64,000 nucleotides of DNA from Podarcis gaigeae. Taxonomy: Eukaryota. The stretch lies in assembly GCA_964106915.2 (NCBI GenBank), contig OZ066924.1; one strand, 5' to 3'. Positions 12,904 to 25,221 of the stretch are shown here, piece by piece. The first letter of the stretch is position 1, and each line of letters starts with the position of its first letter. The notes beneath the pieces are model-generated. The model was not told the origin of the DNA. It did no database searches and saw only the letters and a program-made list of their open reading frames with translations. The position numbers were made by a program, and so were the translations under genes.

Positions 12904-15693
12904 CTCTAAAGAGCTCACATAAGCATTACCCCTGGTCTTTAAAATTTTTGCACGGGTGAATTTAGGGCTATGCAAGCAGACACTGGGTGCTGAGCCAAGG
13001 GGTGCCGTATCAAAACCTGGTAGGTGAGGTGCTGGGCTTTGGAAAGGAGGTGTGAGGCTCCTCCTGCCTCCTTCCCAAAGCCTAGTTAGTGCTTTCCCAG
13101 TTTTGGGGAGGAGGTAAGAGGGCTCTAGGATCTTGTCTCGCACCTCCTTCCCCCAAATGGACACCTCCTTAGCTGCCTTTGGGAAAGCATCACAAGGGCT
13201 GGGGTGCCACATTTTGGCTGCGCACAGGCCAAAATCTCTGTTTGATGACCTTGCCCAATGCATTGCAGTGAAGCCCTCAAAGGGCTTATGAAACAGAGTG
13301 GCCTTTCTCAGTTTCATGAAAGCAGGATGGCCCATGCTGAGGTGGGTCTCCTTGGGAGCAACATATTCCCCAGTACTGGGGCCATTGCTCTCAAAAAGTT
13401 GCATTTTGTTCTTTAAAAAATGTATTTATAGTAATTGAGAAAATCTGAAGTGAGGCTTTCTCTGAAGTTCTCTGTTTAAGGGGCATGTGGTCTCTTGCAG
13501 ACGCTGCCTGAGATATGCCAGATTGGTGTACGTGCAAATGTAGTATATATGGCAGTTTGTTGGCATTCAGCAGGTTTTGGAGGGTTGTGTGCCTGCTCCA
13601 GTCACCTGCAGTGTCATAGCTGCACACTGCTTCTGCTTCTCTTTCATTCTTCCAGTACTAAGAGAACCCAGGTTGTGTGTGCAACACTGCATAAGGAGCT
13701 GATCTTCTTGAAAGTAAAAAAGGCTTGTAGGTCTTCTGTATTTGGGGTGGGGGGCTCACCCCAGGTGAAATACAAACTGCTAGCCTCTAACTGTCAGTGG
13801 ATCAGTTCCACTCCTTTCTAGAGATGTATGATGCCTGGCCTGAACTCCTGTGGTAGATTTCCAGTCCCATGTCCAGATTATGGAGGAGACAGAGGCTTGG
13901 AGACTGAAATAAGTAGAAACTAATAAGTGGGGGCGGCAGGGGGGAGTAACGGGAAACAATCTGGGAGACAGAGGCATGCAGGCTGCAATTCTATGTACAC
14001 ACCTGAGAATTAAACCCCTTTGAACTCAGTAGGATTTGCTTCAGAGTAGATAGGCATATGAATGCATTTAAGTCTAAGGAGTCAGTCGGGTACAGAAAAT
14101 GGAAGGATTGGGGAAAGAAGGAGACAGCTGGATGTATTTGAGAAACACAGGCCAAGGTATGAAAAGTGCAAGATTTAAGTTGCTTGTAGGTCTGGGACAC
14201 ACATGATGTTTGACATGGAGGCGCTGCCACCCCCCACATCCCATTTTCCATGGTGACTGAAGCTTTCCATGTACTGTTTAGAAGCTTTTGCCATGTGTAT
14301 TGGGGCCATCTTGTTGCAGGCCTCTTCCACACACCTCCTGCACCAGTCACTGGGAATCTGGAGGGTCCAGGGCACACGGTGAGCCCTTCCTGTGGAGTGG
14401 AGAATTGGTGGGTACAGAGAGTCCATCGTGGCAAATGGTGTGTGTGGTCCTGCATCTTCCCCTCGATACACATTTCTTTCTTACCAGCAGGGTTTTGTTC
14501 ATGGACAAGGTCATGTGCTGATGCGTATACTGCTTTGCAAACATCTGTGAGAACAGGACTTTTTCTGTTCTGAAAAGTGTCTGCTTATTTTGCTTGTGAC
14601 CTAAATAAACCCCCTGATTACTGTGAAAGAAGAGATTTGGATGTCATTGGAGTTTGACTCCAAATGACAGGATGGCAAGGGGAGCTTATAAAAGCCAAAG
14701 AACATAATTTCACTTAAATGAAGCTAGTGCTGAATAGCCTTGAAGAAGAAACACAGCAAACTAGCTGTACAGATCAAGCAAAACAAAAACAGCAAAGCAT
14801 TGAGATAGAATTTGGTTCTTACAGTGCATTTGGTTTGAACTGAAGTGTGTCATTCTCCAGATTATAGATGTAATGCTGATTTGCTGTAAAGCAGGCTTTA
14901 CAAACTGGAAGCCAGAATTGGAAAAATGTGTTGCTCCTCCCTACTCTTGTAAGCCTTAACCATGGCTTAGCATTACATCTCCAGTGATATGAACCATGGT
15001 TAAGGTCAGCAACACGCCCTCTAAACAAAGGTTTAAAACTTGATTTCAACTCTGCTTAATATTGGAACCCTGGAATTAGTATCAGAGGCTATTCAGATGC
15101 AACACTAAACCATGGTTTGAAATGATGAGCTCCTGCCTACCCTTCGTCTGAGCAAAGGAGCTTGGGGAAGTGGCACTGGGGAGCCTGCTGCCGTCCAGAT
15201 GTTGCTGGGCTCCAGCTTCTGTCAGCCACAGCCAACATGACCAATGATCAGGGGTGAGGGGAGTTGTAGTCCAACAACATCTGGAGGGCCACAGGTTCCC
15301 TGGTCTCAGGTGTTTACAAATGAATGTGTTTAGGGGCACCTCTCCCTAGATGCAGCCCAAGCCTTGCACCATGCAGGAGATCCCTGGGAAGAGGTCCTGG
15401 AAGGAAATGCACAGCAGTCTTCTGTTGAATGTAAAATTAGAGGAGCTTTTCCGTTATGGACCTACTTAGGGCCAGACATTTATACTAAATGTCAGTGTTC
15501 TTCTGTTTGTTTATAAAGCATTAGCCCATAAAAATGTTATAAATTTCTACAAGTTAAAATTTAAAATAAACTGAAAGAAAAGGAAAATGGGGAGGAGTCC
15601 TAAGGCAATGATAACAAGGCATTACAAGGCCTCTATAATGATTGACTTAAAGCTGTGGAATGCTCTTCTCAGTAAGGTGCAGAAATCGATCTA

Positions 15694-15969
15694 CCATATT
15701 GGCCCAAATATAACCCGCACTTTCCCCCCAAATTCTGACTGTGAAAGGTTAAAGTGAGGCTTATATCCGGAACTGAGCGCTGTGCGCCCGCCTCCTGGCA
15801 CTACTGCCCTGAACAGGGGATGGGGGCAGCCGGCACCGGCTTGGGGAAGGAGTGCCGGGAGGCAGGAGTGCCGGGAGGTGGGCGCGCAGTGCTCAGTTCC
15901 GGATATAAGCCTCACTTTAACCTTTCACAGTCAGAATTTGGGGGGAAAGTGTGCCTCATATTCAGGCCA
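15694..15969. mobile_element. Palindromic Tc1/mariner (Tc2-like) MITE with ~120-bp arms
   Basis: cccccaaattctgactgtgaaaggttaaagtgaggcttatatccggaactgagc recurs in inverted orientation at ~15890-15945. Confidence 0.75.
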
Positions 15970-17754
15970 GAGGTTTTTGGACTACAACTTTCGTCAGCTG
16001 TGGCTGTGCTGGCTGAAGCAGATGGGCATCATACTCCAAAACATCTGGAGGGCACCAGGTTGAGGAAGGCTTGATCTACAGCTTTTCTTTTAGAAAGGGC
16101 TGCTGCAAGGCTTTTGATCTGGTTGGCTAGGTGAGTGGCAGAATGTCTGTCATGCAATTCCGTGGGTGCTGTGGTCTTTTCATTGTGCTTTCTGAGTATG
16201 ACTGTTGTTTTATTTTGTAATCTGCTTTGAAGAATTGTAGATTGGGCAGTTACTTGTGCATTGTTTTGGGGTTTTTATTTTCAAAGAACCAAAATCGTGT
16301 GTGCTTTCTGTCTTTGATGGAGGCAACACTGACACTACAGCAAAAGATCTCTTCAGGTTTATGTTGGTGGTTGTGAGACCCGTAGTTACTCAGCCCTGGA
16401 AAAAGGAAGGCCTTGCCATTGCAAATTGGTATGCCAAGCTATGGAATAGTTAACATACTGAGTTAGAGTAAATGAAAAACCTGGAAGATCCGGAATATTT
16501 TGTCTATGTTAAGTAAAATTTTATATCTCATGTGAGCCATACTTATCAATGAGGGATTATTCCATTACAATGCAAACAATTATGGAATGAGTTGGTAACT
16601 GTATCAGTATGAATTTTAGTACGAACTAGATTTTTTTTCTAGCATTCTTCAGGATGTTTTGTTCTTCTTTGAGTATGTAGTCCTCTCAGCTCTTGAGAGA
16701 ACTCTGAAATATTACTGTTGTGCTTTAACTTAGTTCTTTAAAATAAAATATATTTTTTGTCCCACCTAAATGATTTTTCACAATTGTAATTTCAAAACAT
16801 TAAACTCCTCCTCCGTTGCCTAGCCTAGAACATTCTGAACTATATTAATCTTCAAGTGCACAAGAATTTGCAGTTAATCATTTTCAAAGACTTGAGTAAT
16901 TTCATCAACAGGAAGTGCATCTCTTCCTTGAAATAAGATGCAACATAGCAAATGTATACTGCTGCCTAGTTCTGAAATAGAGAATCAAATTTTGTTAGAT
17001 GTGAAGCAGGTGCTGGGTAATTTTTTAATTTTAATCTGCATTGTAATAAAGCCTTAGTTGATGTTTTAAAATGTCACCCTTAATGGTTACTGTATTAGTT
17101 GAACACATATATATTGACTTCTTAATTATCACTATAATAATTAAATACATATTTGACAGCTTAACGTGAGTTAATTGTGGGTCTGGTACATCCCTCTCTT
17201 GCAAGGGATTGCAAGACTCAGAGGGAATAATATTGCTAATGTTTGAAAAACTTCTCATTATTTCAGAATAAAGCTTTCCTCTTTGCTCTCTCTCCCCCCC
17301 CCCCCCCCGCAGCTCCCCATTCCTTTTTGTATCTTGCTGTTCCCAAATAAGAAACTTTCCTCTGGATCTCTCATCTTGCTTCCTGTTCTGCTTGTCGATA
17401 TGCCAACCTGGACATGGGTGGCAGGAGAGGCCTGGCCACAGAACGTAGTTCTGCCTGAACCCAGAGCTCCGTACAGGACAGATATCCTGGCCCCAAGCTG
17501 TGCAGGGCTTTGCACACCAAAACCAGCACTTTGAACCTAGCCTGGTAGCTAATTGGCAGCCCATGCAATTATTTCAGCAGTAGCATAATACAGTGGTGAT
17601 ATTCTGCCCCAGTGAGCCGTCAAGCTGCCATGTTTTGAACTAGCTGAAGTGTCTAGGTCAGCCTCAAGAGTAGTCCCACAGAGAGGACATTGCAGCTTGT
17701 GGACAAGCTAACCTGATCCAGAATCGGCCATAGCTGTCTCACTCACTGAAGCTG

Positions 17755-17984
17755 AAACAAAAAAAAAAAAAAAAAATCCTTCCAGTAGCACCTTAAAGAC
17801 CAACTAAGTTAGTTCTTGGTATGAGCTTTCGTGTGCATGCACACTTCTTCAGATACGAAGAAGTGTGCATGCACACGAAAGCTCATACCAAGAACTAACT
17901 TAGTTGGTCTTTAAGGTGCTACTGGAAGGATTTTTTTTTGTTTTGACTATGGCAGACCAACACGGCTACCTATCTGTAACTGAA
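17755..17984. mobile_element. Hairpin mini-insertion of two inverted Penelope ends
   Basis: ~95-bp inverted arms matching the 3' end of the 1711-3208 element; 12-bp TSD TCACTGAAGCTG (17743-17754/17985-17996). Confidence 0.88.
17819..17856 (-). ncRNA. Minimal hammerhead ribozyme motif, minus strand
   Basis: Reverse complement is identical to 3120-3157. Confidence 0.7.
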
Positions 17985-18241
17985 TCACTGAAGCTGGTAA
18001 AAGACACACATAGCCACTGAGGTCACCTGGGCCTCTGGTAATGGAGAACACCCCCAGACGATGAACCTTCTCCTTTGGTGGGGGCAGGGGGTAGGACTGC
18101 ATTCAAAGCAGGCAACTGACCAATGATGAGAGGTTGTGTTGATGTCAGATGGGAGCAGTCCCCAGCAGGTCTTCTTATCAGTTAGGCATACCTGCAGAAG
18201 GCAGGTCAATTCTATTTTTGAACCCACTACCGAGGATTTTA

Positions 18242-18587
18242 GGGACGCGGGTGGCGCTGTGGGTTAAACCACAGAGCCTAGGACTTGCTGATCAGAAGGT
18301 CAGTGGTTTGAATCCCCGTGACGGGGTGAGCTCCCATTGCTCGGTCCCTGCTCCTGCCCACCTAGCAGTTCAAAAGCACGTCAAAGTGCAAGTAGATAAA
18401 TAGGTACCGCACCAGCGGGAAGGTAAACGGTGTTTCCGTGCGCTGCTCTGGTTTGCCTTAGTCATGCTGGCCACATGACCCAGAAGCTGTATGCCGGCTC
18501 CCTCAGCCAGTAAAGCGAGATGAGCGCCGCAACCCCAGAGTCGGTCACGACTGGACCTAATGGTCAGGGGTCCCTTTACCTTTACCT
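18242..18587 (+). mobile_element. Sauria SINE
   Basis: gggacgcgggtggcgctgtgggttaaacc head, ACCTTT tail, imperfect TSD. Confidence 0.92.
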
Positions 18588-18621
18588 TACCAAGAATTTT
18601 AAGGCTGTACCATCTGCAGGA

Positions 18622-18984
18622 GGGACGCAGCTGGCGCTGTGGGTTAAAGCCTCAGCGCCTAGGACTTGCCGATCGAAAGGTCGGCGGTTCGAATCCCTGC
18701 GGCGGGGTGCGCTCCCGTTGCTCGGTCCCAGCGCCTGCCAACCTAGCAGTTTGAAAGCACCTCCGGGTGCAAGTAGATAAATAGGGACCGCTTACCAGCG
18801 GGAAGGTAAACGGCGTTTCCGTGTGCGGCTCTGGCTCGCCAGAGCAGCGATGTCACGCTGGCCACGTGACCCGGAAGTGTCTCCGGACAGCGCTGGCCCC
18901 TGGCCTCTTAAGTGAGATGGGCGCACAACCCCAGAGTCTGTCAAGACTGGCCCGTATGGGCAGGGGTACCTTTACCTTTACCTT
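18622..18984 (+). mobile_element. Sauria SINE (second subfamily)
   Basis: TSD TACCATCTGCAGG 18608-18620/18985-18997; near-identical to 2208-2556. Confidence 0.92.
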
Positions 18985-19500
18985 TACCATCTGCAGGGGA
19001 TAGCTCTGGGCAAATGGTATTCTTCATCATACTTGCAAATTGTTACTTCCTCCAAACTGGTAATCACTGTTTGCAGTTTTAACATATCCAACCTGGCATG
19101 AGGCTTCCACAGGTGGATTAACTGAACCTTCACCTATAACTTAGAAGCAGTAGTTTACATTTGATTTATATTTACTGTGATTTTGAAATGGAAATAAGGC
19201 ATGTAGAGTTGTGGCAAGACTGGATGTGTTGACACTCTTTCTTCCAGTGTTGCTCATTGTAAGCACAGATTGAGCCACAATAATAACTATTCATTATCAA
19301 CTAGTATTAGGTTCTGTTTTGTTTACGCATTTGGCCTCACAGGTTTATACCAGGGGAATCCAGTCTTTTGGGCCATGGGGGACATTCAGAAATGGTTTTC
19401 AGCTATGTTTACTCAGAGGAAAGCCACTGAAATTAATGGACCTAATTTAATCATGTTCATTTTCAGTGGGTCTACTCTGAGTAAAACTTAAACTGTTGTA

Positions 19501-19650
19501 AGGTAAAGGAACCCCTGACCATTAACTCCAGTCATGACCAACTCTGGAGTTGTGGCGCTCATCTCGCTTTATTGGCCGAGGGAGCTTCCGGGTCATGTGG
19601 CCAGCATGACTAAGCTGCTTCTGGCGAACCAGAGCAGCACACGAAAATGC
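19501..19650 (-). mobile_element. Truncated Sauria SINE
   Basis: aggtaaagg.acccctgaccatta... 3' portion only. Confidence 0.8.
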
Positions 19651-20361
19651 TGTTCTGTTGTGGGCACCAGAAAATACCAATTTCACAGAAGATACTCGGA
19701 GACACCATTGAAGTCAGGGGGTCATTCCACATCATGTCAAGACAGTCATGTCACCCACCGTCTCAGATTTTGATGAAACTTGGTGTACCTCCTTAAATTT
19801 TTTCCTTCTATCTAAAACAGTTTTAATTTTATAGCACTTCAAAGTTTCGTGAAATCTCTGTTGTCTGTTCCTCTTGAGACCCTTGGCACATGTACATTTT
19901 TTCTTCTTCCCCATAACCAATGATCAGATCTCTTTGAAATTTTACACAGAGTGCAATAAGAGGATGAGGATTTCAGGAAAAAATACACCATTCAAAAGAT
20001 TTTATAAATGCCAAATATGTATATAATTAATGTACTTTTTTTGGTGGAAAACCTAGGTTTAGAAAACCTCAGTTTTCAGCATGTGGGTATGATGGCACTC
20101 AAAGTTTTTGATGTTGAAAATTATCACAAAGATATAATCTTTCTTGACAAAGAATGAAATTTATGGGTTTTTTATTCCCTGTTAACATTTTTTTTTACCT
20201 TTTTTGGACATCGTGGGGAAAAATGGCTACTGGGTACAACTTTCCTACAATCCATAGCTGTAATAGAAAAAAATAATGAAACAAAGTTGTTCATCATAAA
20301 AATTAACATAACAGTATGCATTTTCGGGGGGAAACTTATAATATCCAATATTATGTTAATA

Positions 20362-20686
20362 GGGTAAAGGGACCCCTGACTGTTAGGTCCACTCTGGGGT
20401 TGCAGTGCTCATCTCGCTTTAATGGCTGAGGGAACCTGCGTACAGCTTCCGGGTCATGTGGCCAGCATGACTAAGCCGCTTCTGGCAAACCAGAGCAGTG
20501 CACAGAAACATCGTTTACCTTCCCGCCTATTTATCTACTTGCACTTTGACATGCTTTTGAACTGCTAGGTTGGCGGGAGCAGGGACCGAGCAACAGGAGC
20601 TCACCCCGTCGTGGGGATTCAAACCACCGACCTTCTGATCAGCAAGTCCTAGGCTCTGTGATTTAACCCACAGCGCCACTCGCATT
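20362..20686 (-). mobile_element. Sauria SINE
   Basis: Reverse complement of the consensus; nested in a DNA element. Confidence 0.88.
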
Positions 20687-20721
20687 CCAGCAAATATTAT
20701 GCTAGAAATATATATATATAA

Positions 20722-20809
20722 TTAAAAAATAGTCCAGTAGCACCTTAGAGACCAACTAAGTTTGTTCTTGGTATGAGCTTTCATGTGCATGCACACTTAT
20801 TCAGATATG
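20722..20809 (-). mobile_element. Single-arm Penelope end fragment (degenerate ribozyme)
   Basis: ccagtagcaccttagagaccaactaag...gtatgagcttt..gtgcatgcacactt.ttcagat. Confidence 0.75.
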
Positions 20810-22069
20810 ATATTATGTTAATACATGTAAAATGTACATGTGCTGAGGGTAACGTAGATTTCATGAAACTTTGAAGTGCTATGAAAATAAAACCATTTGA
20901 GATAGAGGGGAAAAAATTAAGGGGGTTTCTTTCAACCACAAGAGAAGGGTGTAGACCAAGTTTCATCAAAATCTGAGATGGTGGGTGACGAAACCCTTGG
21001 TTTTTTTGCGTTGATCTGATGTGGAATGACCCCAGGGAGAGATGGAAAGAAGGACTATGGCATAAGAGGATGGGTTGACAAGTGATGAAAAAGAGTTATT
21101 TTGAGTTATCTCTCCTAAGAAACCTCATTAGCTAAGAAGCCATACTATCTCTCGAGTTTGATTTCTTCATTGTCCGGTTTCTTAGGAAAGATGACTCCAG
21201 ATAATATCCCTAACTCCCCTACTACTTGTCAGCCCTTCCTCTTATCCTTTAGTCCTCCCTTTCCTAAGCTTAGGCCATTGGGAAAGAGGGCAGCGCATAG
21301 TAGGGATAAGCCAGAAACCAGAACCACCTGTGCCTCCGCTGAGAGGCAACAGCACTGAGATCTGTGGCTGCAGCCACAGGAGGACAACGAGGCAAAGGCT
21401 CCCTCGGTGCTGACTTAGCAGTGAAATGGGACCAGGACCCTGGAGAATGCAGGATGGGATCTTGACCTTGCAACACAATAAAATTACTGCATTTCCTGTT
21501 AAGTGTAACTAAAGCAACTATTGTCTCCAATTCTGGGAATAGAAATTGTGTGCCCCATGCCAGGTGAGCCTGCCCATCTTCTACAATTGGCCACTGAGGC
21601 CTTGCTCTCTGGGCTTTGTGGGATAAGGCCTTTTTAGTATGTAGCAGGGCTGAACTTGTATGTGTGGGTGAACTTTATATTAAGTGCATATTTGTTTGTG
21701 TATTGTGTGTGTGTTTTCAGACACTTCCTTCTTGATAATTGGCTTCTAATACTGATTTCCTGTTCTGAAAGTAACTTGACATTGGTTTTAGGAGGAAAAT
21801 ATGTAGGGCATGCATTGGATAGGTGCTAAAAGACCACTTTGTTGTCTTAGTTACTGCACTGCAATCGCTCAGTGTATATGCATTGCTCTGGCCAGTGCAT
21901 ATCTATTGCATAAAGGGAGACAAAACAAATGTACAGTAGTTACAATGACCATTGTTTTGCTTCTTCAGGATGAGGGCTCGCGAAACAGGATACCTGAAAG
22001 AGTTTCTGGTGGGCTTCCTAAGCCCGCTTGGCTTGCTGCCCTCAAGTCGCCTTTTCTCCTTCCCAGGCG

Positions 22070-22520
22070 CTCCACAGGCGCGCGCTGCCGGGCCCTCTTC
22101 CCTTGTTGCTGCTCTGCCCCGGAGCGCGCGCGCGCCTTCCTTCTCGGCGGGGCTGGGGCGGCTCTTCTCTCGCCGCTTGGCCTCGGCCGGAGCCCCGCGC
22201 TCGGCTCCCGGGGAGGCGCCGGAGGCTGAGCCGCGTCGGGGGCGGGGCGCGGGCGGAGTTCGGCGGGGAAGTCGCGTCGCTTCCGAGGGGGACCCGCCAG
22301 TCCCGGGCGAAGCGTCGCGGCGACCGCGGAGATGCCGGTGAGAGGAGGAGGAGGCGGCGGCGGCGGCGGGGGCTCTCTGCTGCGCGCGGCCGCCCTGCTC
22401 TCGCCGTGGCTTCGGGTGAGTGGGCGGAGGCGCCCCGGGCGGGCGGGCGGGCGGGCGGGCGGTGCTGGCGCGGAGGGCCGGGCGGAGGAAGCCCTTCCCC
22501 GGAGCTGCCTTCGCAACTCG
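22070..22520 (+). promoter_or_regulatory. CpG island / TJP2 promoter
   Basis: Very high GC and CpG density against an AT-rich background; GC box GGGGCGGGGC at 22239-22248; spans first exon. Confidence 0.9.
22332..22415 (+). CDS. TJP2: TJP2 first coding exon (ZO-2A-type N-terminus), MPVRG10SLLRAAALLSPWLR
   Basis: ATG in good context (gagATGc) inside a CpG island; peptide begins MPVRG and ends WLR like the recalled mammalian ZO-2A N-terminus; phase-0 donor CGG|GTGAGT joins in frame to APGMEELIW. Confidence 0.9.
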
Positions 22521-23382
22521 CTTTGTGGACCTTTCTGCCGAAGAGTTGAAATGTCACAGGCCTTTGGCCCCCTGCCGACGGTTTTATTTCTCCATCCTCC
22601 TCTTCTGCCAGCTGCGAGGAACAGGTCATGAGTCTGAGGAAGGGAGCTCGAATGTCCCAGTCAGTTTGTTAAACTTTAATATGCTCCAAGACACTCTGTT
22701 TACGTTTTTCATATACTCTGAAAATCCAGTGTTAAAATCTGAGGTGTGTGTCCTCTTTGCTGCATTGTTTTGATTTTATGTACTTTATTTTTATGCATCA
22801 ATTTTATGTATAACGTTTGCCTTTGTTTGGTTTGAGAATGGTGGGGTTTTATGGACTAACTTAAAAGGCATACTTCCATAAAAGAATAAGATCCTTTGTA
22901 TCTTCCTTTATGCTGTTTTTATTCCTTTTACTTATATTAATTTAACATAACTGTAAATTATGTTCACCTTGATCATTAGCTGGCTGTACCTAGGAGCTTC
23001 ACTGAGAAGAATGCTTTATATTAATACCCAGATAGCCTAATAACATAAAGTGAGATAACAATTACTGGGATTGCATAACATGAGTAATGAAGGCTGAGAT
23101 GCAGTGACAAGCCTGTGGCCATCCATCAAGCCCCATGATTCATATTCAGGTTTAACACATACTCTGCTTGAGATTTCCGTGTGTATGAGTTTATGGAGAT
23201 GACTCCACAAAGAGAATCATTGGGAAAACTTGCAAAGAGAACTACGTATTTCTCAATTGCTGGGGGTGTGGCGACTTCATAAGTACATGTTGAAAAATCT
23301 CCCTAGAAAGTGCAGTCTGGGTTTGAAGTCATTGTAGGGATCATATAAGCTTAAATTTAGAAGGAACTATGAGGGTCATTAC

Positions 23383-23728
23383 GGGACGCGGGTGGCACTG
23401 TGGGTTAAACCACAGAGCCTAGGACTTGCTGATCAGAAGGTTGGCGGTTCAAATCCCCGCAACGGGGTGAGCTCCTGTTGCTCAGTCCCTGCTCCTGCCA
23501 ATCTAGCAGTTCGAAAGCACGTCAAAGTGCAAGTAGATCAATAGGTACCGCTCCAGCAGGAAGGTAAATGGCGTTTCTGTGTCTGCTCTGGTTCGCCAGA
23601 AGCGGCTTAGTCATGCTGGCCACATGACCCGGAAGCTGTACCCTCGGCCAATAAAGCGAGATGAGCGCCGCAACCCCAGAGTCGGTCACGACTGGACCTA
23701 ATGTTCAGGGGTCTATTTACCTTTACCT
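23383..23728 (+). mobile_element. Sauria SINE
   Basis: 14-bp TSD TATGAGGGTCATTA 23368-23381/23729-23742. Confidence 0.92.
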
Positions 23729-23744
23729 TATGAGGGTCATTAAT

Positions 23745-23835
23745 CCAATGTGGGAATCTTTTGTCCAACATGGGGTTTGAACTCACGACCATGAGATTAA
23801 GAGTCTTCTGTTCTACTGACTGAGCTGTCCCAGCC
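23745..23835 (-). mobile_element. tRNA-Lys-derived SINE head (degenerate); its CR1-like tail is split by the Sauria SINE
   Basis: Reverse complement gctgggacagctcagtcagtagaac...actcttaatctc..ggtcgtgagttcaaacccca resembles tRNA-Lys(CTT) A/B boxes. Confidence 0.65.
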
Positions 23836-24959
23836 AAAATGCTGAAAGACAAGGAGTCCTACTGATACTTTTAAGTTAAAGACTGCAGGTTGATTTAAGC
23901 TAGAAATTGAATAAGAAATTAAATTAATTTGTTAAATAATTCTGCTGGCCAGGATAGACCTGCTACTGCTGGTCATAATGTCTGTGGTATAAAGCAGCTT
24001 AACTTTCTTCCTTTAGCCATTCTATCTTTATCACTTTGTATCTAACCTCTGTCATAATTTCTGTAGTATAAAGCTCGGATGTTTTATTTAACATATTAAA
24101 AATACTTAGTTTAAATTTTGAGCATAAAATTGGCATGTTGTTCAACAAGATAATATAGTAAAAATATGATATGCAGCCCAACTGTATGAGGCAGCGAAAC
24201 CAATTGTACACAATAGTGCCAAATGATTATTTTTGTTTTCAGCTACTTTTTGTATTATTTGTTTCCTTTGACATGAGCTACAGACGGCAAAAAAAAAAAG
24301 CTATAAAAACCTGTATTAAACTTTTGGCAGTATAGCTGTTGTTTGTTTTGCTTGGTTGTCTTAAAATTACGGTAGAGGCCCTTTGAGAGTACTGCTTGCT
24401 AATTCCTTCTAGCTATGCATATCTATTATTCATTTTTAGTTTAAATAATGTAGTTTACTTAATCTGAACTGGTTGCCTTTGTATAGACCCAATAAAATGT
24501 TGATCATTGGAGCTTGTGGAAGTATGCAAACATTTTAGATTTTAACATGATTGTGTCAAATGAAACATCATTTTGCTTTGTGGTGGGTCATCTGCTGCTG
24601 ATCAGTGATAAACAGGCCCTCCTCTCAAAAGGCTTTATTTTCTCTTTCTCTGTTCTCTTTTCGAATGTTGGCAAAAGGCTTATCTTCCTGGCTTATGCGA
24701 AAGTATTCAGCATCCAATATTGTTCTGCCAAAATACAGGATTGGGCCCAGCTAAGTAACTTCCATGGGTAAACTAGTTTCATTATGGAGCAGCTTGGGGA
24801 CTTGCCATCTAGAATAACTTTGTCAGAGGAGCATAATGTGCATTTGTTTTGCTGTGATGGTTTTGTATGTACTAGGAAAAAGTGGCTTAGGGCATGTCCA
24901 CAACATCTGTTTTTCATGTTGTAAGTAGTTGGTGCAGCCTGTTCACCAGCCCGAGTCTT

Positions 24960-25185
24960 AGAGTCATAGAATTGTAGACTTGGAAGGGACTTCAAGGGTC
25001 ATCTAGTCCAATCCCCTGCAATGCAGGAATCTCAGCTAAAGCATTCATGACAGATGGCCGCCCCACCTTGGCTTAAAAACCTCCAAGGAAGGAGAATTCA
25101 CCACCTCCTGACTGTTCCACTGTCAAACAACTCTTACTGTCAGAAAGTTCTTCCTGATATTTAGTTGGAATCTTCTTTCTTGTCT
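24960..25185 (-). mobile_element. CR1 3' end fragment (similar copy 30433-30585)
   Basis: tcatagaattgtagacttggaagggac...gggtcatctagtccaa. Confidence 0.7.
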
Positions 25186-25221
25186 TGTCCCTACTTATTC
25201 TGGATTTCTTCACACAAGGTA

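Larger units (their letters stand above)
17400..18230 (-). mobile_element. L2/CR1-group LINE fragment, interrupted by the Penelope hairpin
   Basis: HGLPISYQARFKVLVLVCKALHSLGPGYL resembles the L2 ORF2 C-terminus. Confidence 0.7.
19719..21032. mobile_element. Non-autonomous DNA transposon, Sola2-like
   Basis: TIR GGGTCATTCCACATCA plus inverted subterminal gtcacccacc.tctcagattttgatgaaacttggt; 4-bp TSD CAGG. Confidence 0.65.

Noticed and set aside
21810-22773. Many long ORFs on both strands
   Set aside because: Stop-poor CpG island; only 22332-22415 has homology and splice support
23762-23835. tRNA-Lys gene
   Set aside because: Stems degenerate and joined to a CR1-like tail; it is a SINE head
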